From an uncultured Candidatus Saccharibacteria bacterium (GTDB taxonomy: Bacteria; Patescibacteriota; Minisyncoccia; UBA6257; 02-FULL-45-10c), in NCBI GenBank assembly GCA_964355085.1, contig CAYHBW010000002.1:6-64005 (forward strand): a DNA stretch of 64,000 nt, given 5' to 3'. Of this stretch, positions 54,207-62,107 are shown in pieces. Position 1 is the first letter of the stretch. Each line of letters begins with the position of its first letter. The position numbers were made by a program, and so were the translations under genes. Below the pieces are notes generated by a model. It was given only the letters and a program-made list of their open reading frames with translations, searched no databases and had not been told where the DNA came from.

Positions 54207-54579
54207 AATACCGGATTTCAATCTTCTCCCGTGGAGAAAGAACAGGACTGCCGACCTTGCCGCCGTCGACGGAACGATTGTCGGGGAATATGCGGTATAT
54301 ATCAATGAGCGGACCGGCGATTCCGGAGTGCGTATCGAGATTGATGCGGCCGGTTATCCGGTTTTGGCCTGGGAGAAAGCGCTGATTTACGGCGGAAAGG
54401 AGATAAAAATCAGATATGTAGCGCATCGGGAAGATGGTGTCTGGCGGCTTATACGCGTAAAAAACAATTATCCGGTCAGGGTTATCCGCGAAGTCTCCTT
54501 GTCGGGTATAAAAGTGACTATGTATTTCGATCTCGTAATAAAAGGCGAGGCGGATATAAGCGTTTTAATGAGACTTTGA
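54184..54579 (+). CDS. Hypothetical protein (GTG start in the ORF track). It is either the 3' part of a frameshifted gene or a separate overlapping gene.
   Basis: Its frame is open from 54076, overlapping the previous ORF by about 130 bp. Confidence 0.35.
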   Translation: MIRMLGNKIPDFNLLPWRKNRTADLAAVDGTIVGEYAVYINERTGDSGVRIEIDAAGYPVLAWEKALIYGGKEIKIRYVAHREDGVWRLIRVKNNYPVRVIREVSLSGIKVTMYFDLVIKGEADISVLMRL

Positions 54580-54603
54580 ACCCCGTTTTTACGGGGTTTT
54601 TGA
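54578..54603 (+). terminator. Intrinsic terminator.
   Basis: aaccccg-ttttta-cggggtt is followed by TTTTTG. Confidence 0.75.
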
Positions 54604-54650
54604 TTCTGTCGGAGTTTTGGTCGGATATGGAAAAGCTGTATAATAAGTAT

Positions 54651-55946
54651 ATGAAAAAGTACCTTATGCTCTCTGTTTTTCTGCCGGGTCTGTTTTTTTA
54701 CAATCAGGCATCGGCGAAGATTGACGAATCCGTCCTGCTAGCCCAGGCCGCTGAAGTGACGATAGAAGATCTCGGCATTGCGGACGCGGGTCTTCTGCCG
54801 ACCAACCCATTCTATTTTTTCAAGGAATTAGGCCGTTCGTTCAGGCGATTGACGACTTTCGATCCTGTTGCCAGGGCCGGATTGGAACTCCGTATCGTGA
54901 ATGAAAAGGCCGCAGAATTGAAGATGGTTGAGCAATTAAGCGGCGGCAATCAGGTTGCGGTCGCGAAAGCGATCAGGAATTATCGAGACAACCAGGCGAG
55001 ACTCAAGGAAGAGTTTAGCGCTTTGGAGGCAAACATCGACGGTCCGGATGCGGAAAAACTTTTTTCCGATCTGGCGGACAGAGCGGTAAAACATGAAAAA
55101 TTATTCGATTCCCTCGGTCAGAAATTTAGCGGTGACGAGGAAATAAAGGATCTGACGGAATCGGCAAAGGGTCTTCTGGAGCAGTCCGTATCCGAAGCGG
55201 CATCAAAAGACGATCCGAAAAAATTTGCGGAAAAGCTCAAAAAATCCCTGGAAGATTCGGATGGAGGCGACCTTAAAAACGCCCATTCAGCGGAGATAAT
55301 CGGGAGATTCGAAGGGGATGTTGACGGAGATATCTGGAAGGAGTTGGATGATATAAGAAAGGAATTTTCAAATCAGGCCCGGGAGGATATCGAGGGTCTT
55401 CTGGAGGAGAAAAGCGTTCCGGAGCTGGAGTCTCTTCTGAAGGAATTTCCGGATTCATCGAAAAAAACCGAGATAGGAGAGAAGATATTCTGGAAGCAGA
55501 AGGAGGAATTGAAATCAGGATTAGCGCCTCTTCCTGTAACGTTGCCTCCGGAGGCGGCGTTCCGCGCGGAAATCGCCGTTTGCAGCCAGATCGGCAAGAG
55601 TCTCGATGAAGTCTGGGATTTTTTCAAGGCAGGACGTATTACGGAGCAGGAGTATGTCCAGAAATATGAGGTTCTTAAAAGGCAATTCGCCAACTGCGAG
55701 GCCGCAAGTCAGGTTGCGCCGTCTGTGATCAAAAATCCTGTAGAATCTGGCGGTTCTGCGATATGTGCGGATAATTTCGATCCGGTTTGCGGAATGGATG
55801 GCAGGACTTATCCCAATGAATGTATAGCCAAGGGTTCCGGAATCCCGATCCGATATGAGTGGGAATGTCCGCCTGAGGAAAAAACTGTTGATTTGAAATC
55901 TGAAACAGTTCCGATCAAGGATGCGGATATTGACGGGACTGAATGA
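54651..55946 (+). CDS. Secreted DUF5667-domain protein with a C-terminal Kazal-type serine protease inhibitor domain.
   Basis: A signal peptide MKKYLMLSVFLPGLFFYNQASA is present. The DUF5667 hallmark is LLPTNPFYFFKELGRSF. The Kazal region is CADNFDPVCGMDGRTYPNECIAKGSGIPIRYEWEC. The start is moved to 54651 because the track start overlaps the upstream terminator. Confidence 0.7.
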   Translation: MKKYLMLSVFLPGLFFYNQASAKIDESVLLAQAAEVTIEDLGIADAGLLPTNPFYFFKELGRSFRRLTTFDPVARAGLELRIVNEKAAELKMVEQLSGGNQVAVAKAIRNYRDNQARLKEEFSALEANIDGPDAEKLFSDLADRAVKHEKLFDSLGQKFSGDEEIKDLTESAKGLLEQSVSEAASKDDPKKFAEKLKKSLEDSDGGDLKNAHSAEIIGRFEGDVDGDIWKELDDIRKEFSNQAREDIEGLLEEKSVPELESLLKEFPDSSKKTEIGEKIFWKQKEELKSGLAPLPVTLPPEAAFRAEIAVCSQIGKSLDEVWDFFKAGRITEQEYVQKYEVLKRQFANCEAASQVAPSVIKNPVESGGSAICADNFDPVCGMDGRTYPNECIAKGSGIPIRYEWECPPEEKTVDLKSETVPIKDADIDGTE

Positions 55947-55947
55947 T

Positions 55948-56652
55948 ATGAAAATTCCATGGAAGGATAAATCTTCTTTTTTCTGTTTCACGCCGGAAGT
56001 GATGCTGGTGACTTTCGTAGCCGAATTTCTCATCGCCGCCTACGCCTATTTGAGATTCCGGGGGACTTTATTCGGAAAACTTTCCATACTCATTCTTTTG
56101 TTGCTCGGCTCTTTCCAATTTGCTGAATATCGGATTTGTACCGGTGATAATATGATTTTTTGGGCCCGCCTCGGTTTTATCATCATCACGCTGCTTCCGC
56201 CGCTCGGAATACATCTTGTTTCCATAGTCACCGGCAACCGTAATTTCCTTAGATTCGCTTATACGCTTGCCGGAGTTTTCATCCTGATTTTCGCATTTGT
56301 TCCGAGATCCATAACCGGAGGAGTTTGCGGAGGAAATTACATAATTTTCAGCACGGCGCAGGAGCTTTATTGGACTTACGGAGTTTATTATTTAGGCTTG
56401 TTGTTCATCGGCATTTTTGACGCTCTGGGAAAATTGAAAGGCGATCGGCCTTGGGAAAACAAGAATGCCAATGTTCTTCTCTGGATGATTCTCGGATATT
56501 TCTCCTTCATGGTTCCGATGGGGTTGACTTACTTCATATTCCCGGAAACTGCGATGGCGGTCGCTTCCGTGATGTGCGGATTTGCGCTGACATTTGCGTT
56601 TATCCTCGGTTTCATAATAGCCAAAAAATATGATGAAATTCACAAGTCATAG
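55948..56652 (+). CDS. Hypothetical polytopic membrane protein.
   Basis: Six to seven TM helices. The start is set to the Met at 55948 just after the upstream stop; the ORF track starts at 55921. Confidence 0.5.
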   Translation: MKIPWKDKSSFFCFTPEVMLVTFVAEFLIAAYAYLRFRGTLFGKLSILILLLLGSFQFAEYRICTGDNMIFWARLGFIIITLLPPLGIHLVSIVTGNRNFLRFAYTLAGVFILIFAFVPRSITGGVCGGNYIIFSTAQELYWTYGVYYLGLLFIGIFDALGKLKGDRPWENKNANVLLWMILGYFSFMVPMGLTYFIFPETAMAVASVMCGFALTFAFILGFIIAKKYDEIHKS

Positions 56653-58297
56653 CGAGGATATCAAAAAGCTCATCAAAGGAGATGTCTGGTCTGATGATGC
56701 GACACGCGTTAAGTACAGCCGCGATGCCAGTCTTTTCGAGGTCCGTCCGGAAATAGTCGTGGCGCCTAAAGACGTCGAGGACATCCAGAATCTTATCGCG
56801 TATGCCGCCGGGAAAAAGGAAAAAAGGGAGGATATTTCTCTCACAGCCAGATGCGGAGGGACGGATATGAGCGGCGGACCGTTGAGTGAGTCCATAGTCT
56901 TGGATTTCACGAAGTATTTCAACCGCATAAAGAATATCAGTAATTTTTCCGCGGCAGTGGAGCCGGGAGTTTACTATCGTGATTTCGAGAAGGAGACTCT
57001 CAAACAGGGGCTCATTCTTCCCACTTACCCCGCATCCAAGGAAATCTGCGCGCTCGGAGGAATGGTTGCGAACAATTCCGGAGGCGAGCAGACTCCGGCT
57101 TACGGGAAGACCGAAGATTACGTATATGAATTGAAGGTTATTTTAGGAGACGGGAAGGAATATATCATAAAGCCGCTTTCAAGGGCGGAGCTGAACAAGA
57201 AGATATCCGATGGCGGCCATATCGGTCGTATTTACGGGAAAATATATGATCTGATAAGAAGAAACGATAAGATCATCAGAGCGGCCAAGCCGGATGTGGT
57301 GAAAAATTCTGCCGGATATTCCCTTTGGAATATCTGGGATGCTTCGGCGAACTCCGGACAAGGCGTTTTCGATCTGACCAAGCTGTTTGTCGGATCGCAG
57401 GGGACCCTGGGGATAATCACCGATATCAAGGTCCGGCTTGTCCGTCCTAAGAAATATTCAAAATTAGTGGTAGTTTTTTTGCGGAACATGAAATCATTGA
57501 TGGAAGTGGTCAATGTCATACGCGGTCTGAAGCCGGAAAGCTTCGAGTCTTATGACGACAATACCCTTAAATTGGCGATCCGATTCATCCCCGATCTTAT
57601 AAGGATCCTGAAGCCGAAAAATATCCTTAAGCTTGCCTGGGAATTCCTTCCGGAGGCCGGAATGCTGTTGACGGGGGGACTGCCGAAGCTGGTTATTCTT
57701 GCGCAGTTTACAGGAGATTCCGAGGAGGAAGTTACGGGCAGATCGGAAAAAGCGGTCAAGGAAATACGCGCCATGAAGGTCAAATGCCGGCTTATTTCCG
57801 ATCGGGAGGAGGCGGAAAAATATTGGGTCATCCGGCGCGAAAGCTTCAATCTTCTCCGGAAGCATGTCAAAGATAAGCGGACTGCTCCGTTCATAGACGA
57901 TTTCATAGTCCGGGCGGAGAAATTGCCGGAATTTTTGCCGGAATTGAACCGGATACTGGGGAAATACGATATTTTTTATACCATCGCTGGGCATATAGGG
58001 GACGGAAATTTCCATATCATCCCCCTGATGAATCTGGCCGACCCGCGTTCCAAGGAAATAATCCGGAAGCTTTCCGATGAAGTTTACTCCCTTGTTCTGC
58101 ATTATAAGGGCTCAATAACCGCTGAACATAATGACGGACTGATACGCACTCCTTATCTGGAGAAGATGTACGGAAAGGAGGTCTGCGCGTTATTTTCGGA
58201 AACGAAGAAAATCTTCGATCCGCTGAATATATTCAACCCCGGCAAGAAAGTCGGCGGGGATTTGAATTACGCATTCAACCACCTTATCAAATCCTGA
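56630..58297 (+). CDS. FAD-linked oxidase (PCMH-type FAD-binding domain), D-lactate dehydrogenase / GlcD-like.
   Basis: The FAD-binding region is RCGGTDMSGG...LGGMVANNSGG, and a C-terminal FAD-oxidase_C domain is present. Confidence 0.75.
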   Translation: MMKFTSHSEDIKKLIKGDVWSDDATRVKYSRDASLFEVRPEIVVAPKDVEDIQNLIAYAAGKKEKREDISLTARCGGTDMSGGPLSESIVLDFTKYFNRIKNISNFSAAVEPGVYYRDFEKETLKQGLILPTYPASKEICALGGMVANNSGGEQTPAYGKTEDYVYELKVILGDGKEYIIKPLSRAELNKKISDGGHIGRIYGKIYDLIRRNDKIIRAAKPDVVKNSAGYSLWNIWDASANSGQGVFDLTKLFVGSQGTLGIITDIKVRLVRPKKYSKLVVVFLRNMKSLMEVVNVIRGLKPESFESYDDNTLKLAIRFIPDLIRILKPKNILKLAWEFLPEAGMLLTGGLPKLVILAQFTGDSEEEVTGRSEKAVKEIRAMKVKCRLISDREEAEKYWVIRRESFNLLRKHVKDKRTAPFIDDFIVRAEKLPEFLPELNRILGKYDIFYTIAGHIGDGNFHIIPLMNLADPRSKEIIRKLSDEVYSLVLHYKGSITAEHNDGLIRTPYLEKMYGKEVCALFSETKKIFDPLNIFNPGKKVGGDLNYAFNHLIKS

Positions 58298-58300
58298 TCT

Positions 58301-59890
58301 ATGGCCGATCCTGTAGTATTGCTCATCCTTGACGGTTTCGGCATTTCTTCCGAGAAAAATGGCAATGCGGTCATCGCCGCCAAGACGCCGAATCTGGAAA
58401 AAATAAGCCGCGAATATCCCGGAACCACTTTGAGGGCTTCTGGGGTTGAAGTCGGGTTGGCGTGGGGGGAGATGGGAAGTTCCGAAGTCGGACATACCAA
58501 TCTCGGCGCCGGCCTTGTCATATATCAGAATCTTCCGCGCATCAATCTGGCCATAGAGGACGGCAGCTTCTTCTCTCTTCCGTCCTGGGAGAAAGCGGCG
58601 GCGCACGCTGCCGAAAATAAATCCGATCTGCATCTGATCGGGCTTGTTTCGAATGGAGGAGTGCATTCTCATATAGATCACCTTTTCGCTCTTTTGGACG
58701 TTTTCAAGAAATTGAGATTCAGGCGGAATATTTTCCTTCATATCTTCACCGACGGACAGGATACGGCGCCGCAGTCAGGCGTGAAATTTCTGGAAATGCT
58801 TGAAGAGAAAATTTCCGGATTTGACAATGTCAGGATCGCTACGGTCATCGGTCGTTATTATTCGATGGATAAGAATGAAAATTGGAACCGCACCCGGCTT
58901 GCATACGATTGCCTTACGCTTGGGAAGGGAATCGGAGTCGCCAGCGCGGAAGCGGCATTCAAGACAGCTTACGATAATGGTCTGATAGATGAAAATCTTG
59001 AACCGACAGTAATCATAGGCGAAGACGGCTCTCCTGTCGGATTGATAAAGGAAAATGACTCCGTCATTTTCACGAATTTCCGGGCTGATCGGGCGAGACA
59101 GCTTACGCAGGCCTTTGTATTTCCCGAATTCCGGAATTTCCCCAGAGAACGTATCCCAGGTCTGGAATTCATTTCCATGGTGAGTTACGGCGTCGGTTAT
59201 CCTATCGAATCCGCTTTTTCCGCCCAATTCATAACTATGCCTCTGGCTAAGGCGATATCGGATGCCGGAAAGAAGCAATTTCACATAGCGGAAACGGAAA
59301 AATACGCCCATGTCACTTATTTTTTCAACGGGGGAACGGAAAAAGAGTTCCCGGGCGAAGACCGCGAGATCATTTCTTCGAAGCAGGTTAAGAGTTACGA
59401 TCTGAAGCCGGAAATGAGCGCTTATGAGATAACCGGCAGGGTTGTCGATGAAATAAAGAAGGCGAAATATGATTTTCTGGCGGTGAACCTGGCGAATGGA
59501 GATCTGGTCGGCCATACCGGCATATTCAAGGCGGGCGTGAAAGCTGTCGAGGTTCTGGATGAATGCGTCGGGGACATATCAAAAGCAGTTCTGGAGTCCG
59601 GCGGCACGCTGATAATAACCGGCGATCACGGTAATGTCGAGGAAATGATAAATATCGAAACCGGCGAGGTGGATAAGGAGCATTCAATAAATCCGGTCCC
59701 GCTTTGGATAGTCGGAAACAGGTATAAAAAGGAAATCCCCGCTCCTGTTGAAGGATTTGCGGTTGAGCCCGGCGGCATACTGGCTGATGTCGCGCCGACT
59801 GTTTTGGATATCATGGGAATAAAAAAGCCGGCTGAAATGACCGGGGCCGGCCTTCTCGGCGTGATTTCCGATTGTCCGCTCCCGAAATAA
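58301..59890 (+). CDS. gpmI: 2,3-bisphosphoglycerate-independent phosphoglycerate mutase.
   Basis: VLLILDGFGIS...NAV..AKTPNL is the iPGM N-terminal pattern. The Ser phosphotransfer and Mn ligands are conserved in the layout. Confidence 0.9.
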   Translation: MADPVVLLILDGFGISSEKNGNAVIAAKTPNLEKISREYPGTTLRASGVEVGLAWGEMGSSEVGHTNLGAGLVIYQNLPRINLAIEDGSFFSLPSWEKAAAHAAENKSDLHLIGLVSNGGVHSHIDHLFALLDVFKKLRFRRNIFLHIFTDGQDTAPQSGVKFLEMLEEKISGFDNVRIATVIGRYYSMDKNENWNRTRLAYDCLTLGKGIGVASAEAAFKTAYDNGLIDENLEPTVIIGEDGSPVGLIKENDSVIFTNFRADRARQLTQAFVFPEFRNFPRERIPGLEFISMVSYGVGYPIESAFSAQFITMPLAKAISDAGKKQFHIAETEKYAHVTYFFNGGTEKEFPGEDREIISSKQVKSYDLKPEMSAYEITGRVVDEIKKAKYDFLAVNLANGDLVGHTGIFKAGVKAVEVLDECVGDISKAVLESGGTLIITGDHGNVEEMINIETGEVDKEHSINPVPLWIVGNRYKKEIPAPVEGFAVEPGGILADVAPTVLDIMGIKKPAEMTGAGLLGVISDCPLPK

Positions 59891-60004
59891 ATTCTAGAAA
59901 TATAAATTATTCCTATGCCTGTCATCCTGAACTTGATTCAGGATCCAGATTGAAATGATTTGCCGGAAAAATTTCTGGATTACGGATCGAGTCCGGAATG
60001 ACAA

Positions 60005-60802
60005 CTAAAGATTATTGAATTTCGCCTTTCCAAGATGTTTTTCCGCGATGATGATGCCGCGTTCCATGGCGGCGACGGTTTCCACCGGATATTTTCCTAT
60101 CGCGGTTTCTTCCGAAAGCATGACAGCATCAGAACCGCTCATGATGGCGAATGCCAGATCCGTCGCTTCCGCCCGAGTGGGGGAGGGATTGTCAACCATT
60201 GAAGACATCATCTGTGTGGCGGTTATCACCGGCTTACCCGCCTTTTTGCATTTTCCGATTATGATTTTTTCCGCAAAAGGTATTTCACCGAGCGGCAATT
60301 CATTGGCCAGATCTCCGCGCGCTATCATTATCGCATCGGCTGAAGCGATGATCTCGTCTATGTTTTTAACGGCTGACTTTCTTTCAATTTTCGCTATGAC
60401 CGGCTTGACCGATCCGAGATGATACATCAGATTTTTGAGCTTCAGTACGTCATCGGCGCTTCCGACATACGACATCGCAACGTAATCTATGTCGTGTGAA
60501 AGGCCGAACTGCAGGTCGCGCGCGTCTTTCGGAGTCAGGACGCTTTTTATTTTTTTTGCGATGTGATGTCCGCTTTTCCCCTGCACCCGCGGTCCGGACA
60601 GATCCTGGATTATAGGAATCCTCCGATTCATGGATTTGGCTGCGGATCGTATGGAATGGATGAATTCCGCATGTTCCGGATATGTTCCGTGCGAAAAGTT
60701 CAACCGCGCGACATCCATCTGATGTCCGATCATTTGGCGGAGGATTTTAGGATTTTTACTGGCTGGTCCTATCGTGGCCACTATTTGCGTGCGTGATTTC
60801 AT
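60005..60802 (-). CDS. pyk: Minimal pyruvate kinase of 265 aa. It has a TIM-barrel catalytic domain only and lacks the B lid domain and the C-terminal allosteric domain.
   Basis: VATIGPAS...[20 protein letters not shown] and [12 protein letters not shown] match the PK A-domain. About 100 aa of B-domain is replaced by a roughly 14-aa linker, and the protein ends about where the canonical A/C boundary falls. Confidence 0.75.
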   Translation of the reverse strand: MKSRTQIVATIGPASKNPKILRQMIGHQMDVARLNFSHGTYPEHAEFIHSIRSAAKSMNRRIPIIQDLSGPRVQGKSGHHIAKKIKSVLTPKDARDLQFGLSHDIDYVAMSYVGSADDVLKLKNLMYHLGSVKPVIAKIERKSAVKNIDEIIASADAIMIARGDLANELPLGEIPFAEKIIIGKCKKAGKPVITATQMMSSMVDNPSPTRAEATDLAFAIMSGSDAVMLSEETAIGKYPVETVAAMERGIIIAEKHLGKAKFNNL

Positions 60803-60814
60803 ATGGTTAGTATT

Positions 60815-60847
60815 TAGAATCTAGAATCTAGAATCTAGCATCTAGCA
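60815..60847. repeat. Tandem heptamer array, (TAGAATC)x3 followed by (TAGCATC)x2, in the 57-bp eno-pyk spacer. The repeats create serial palindromic TCTAGA sites.
   Basis: Seen directly: tagaatctagaatctagaatctagcatctagcata. Confidence 0.8.
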
Positions 60848-60859
60848 TAATTATAGTTT

Positions 60860-62095
60860 CTAGCTACTAGATTCTATCTCTAATAGTCTATTGTATTTCG
60901 CCAGACGTTCTCCGCGGTTGGGCGCGCCCGCCTTCAGTCCGAAAGAGCCGAAGGCATAGGCCAGATCGGCTATGAAGTCGTCATTCGTTTCTCCGCTCCG
61001 GTGGCTGATGATGCAGGAAATCCGGCTGGCATCCGCGGATTTCATAACTTCCATTGTTTCAGTCAGCGTGCCGATCTGATTCGGTTTTATGATTATCCCG
61101 TTCATGCTTTTATTGGAAATTGCCCTTGCGAGTCTAGCCGGATTGGTGACCGTCAGATCGTCTCCGACGACTTTAATACCCGGCTCAAGTTTGAGGAGTT
61201 TTCCGAAATTTCCGAAGTCTTCTTCGTGGAAAGGATCTTCAATGGAAATGATCGGGAACTTTTTTATCAATTTCCTATAAAGATCGAGAAGCTGGTCGGC
61301 TGTGATTTTCCCGCCGTCTATCTCATATCTGTTGTTTTTAAAAAAAGAAGATGCGGCCGCGTCTATGGCGAGGCCGACTTTACCCTCAAGTTTGAGCTTT
61401 CTGATGATATCCGTAAGTATCGCCAGCGGTTCGGAGACCTTTTCCGCCTGGATCACGAATCCGCCTTCATCTCCGTAATTTGCGGAAAACGGACCGTATT
61501 TTTTTATTACGGAAGTGCGCAGTTCGGATTTTATCCTGTCCGCTATGATCAACGATTCTTCTGCGTTTCCGGTGAGTGGAACAATCATATATTCCTGGAA
61601 AGCCAGATAACTTGAGGCGTGTTTCCCGGCATTTATGAGATTGAGATAAAGATACGGAGTTTTCGGTTTTGTTCCGAGCAGTCCGGCAAGATATTGGAAT
61701 GTCTGTTTTCCGGACGCGGCGGCGGCGGCTTTTGCGCAGGCGATGCTGGTTCCGAGAATCGCATTCGCTCCCAGATTACTTTTGTCCGGAGTGCCGTCCA
61801 GCTTTATCAGAAGGGAATCTATCTCTTTCTGCTTACGGACATCCATGCCTATCAGGGATTTTCGGATTATTTTTTCCGCCGAAGAAGCGGTTTTTTTTAC
61901 GCCAAGTCCGCGGAATCGGTTTTTCTCTTTGTCGCGTTTTTCCGCCGCTTCATGCGTTCCGGTGCTTGCGCCTGATGGAACGGAAAATTCCCCGATCGAG
62001 GAATTTGTCGAAACCCTCACTTTAAGCGTGGGATTTCCGCGGGAATCCAATATTTCACCGACGGAAACATCGGTGATGGCGCAAGGATTTTTCAT
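60860..62095 (-). CDS. eno: Enolase (phosphopyruvate hydratase).
   Basis: The N-terminus reads ITDVSVGEILDSRGNPTLKV, and the enolase barrel motifs are present. Confidence 0.92.
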   Translation of the reverse strand: MKNPCAITDVSVGEILDSRGNPTLKVRVSTNSSIGEFSVPSGASTGTHEAAEKRDKEKNRFRGLGVKKTASSAEKIIRKSLIGMDVRKQKEIDSLLIKLDGTPDKSNLGANAILGTSIACAKAAAAASGKQTFQYLAGLLGTKPKTPYLYLNLINAGKHASSYLAFQEYMIVPLTGNAEESLIIADRIKSELRTSVIKKYGPFSANYGDEGGFVIQAEKVSEPLAILTDIIRKLKLEGKVGLAIDAAASSFFKNNRYEIDGGKITADQLLDLYRKLIKKFPIISIEDPFHEEDFGNFGKLLKLEPGIKVVGDDLTVTNPARLARAISNKSMNGIIIKPNQIGTLTETMEVMKSADASRISCIISHRSGETNDDFIADLAYAFGSFGLKAGAPNRGERLAKYNRLLEIESSS

Positions 62096-62107
62096 ACTTA
62101 TAGTATA

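Noticed and set aside
59891-60004. Hairpin atcctgaa-cttg-attcaggat (59925-59946) as a shared gpmI/pyk terminator.
   Set aside because: There is no adjacent T-run on either strand. It may be a weak or protein-dependent terminator, so it is not called.
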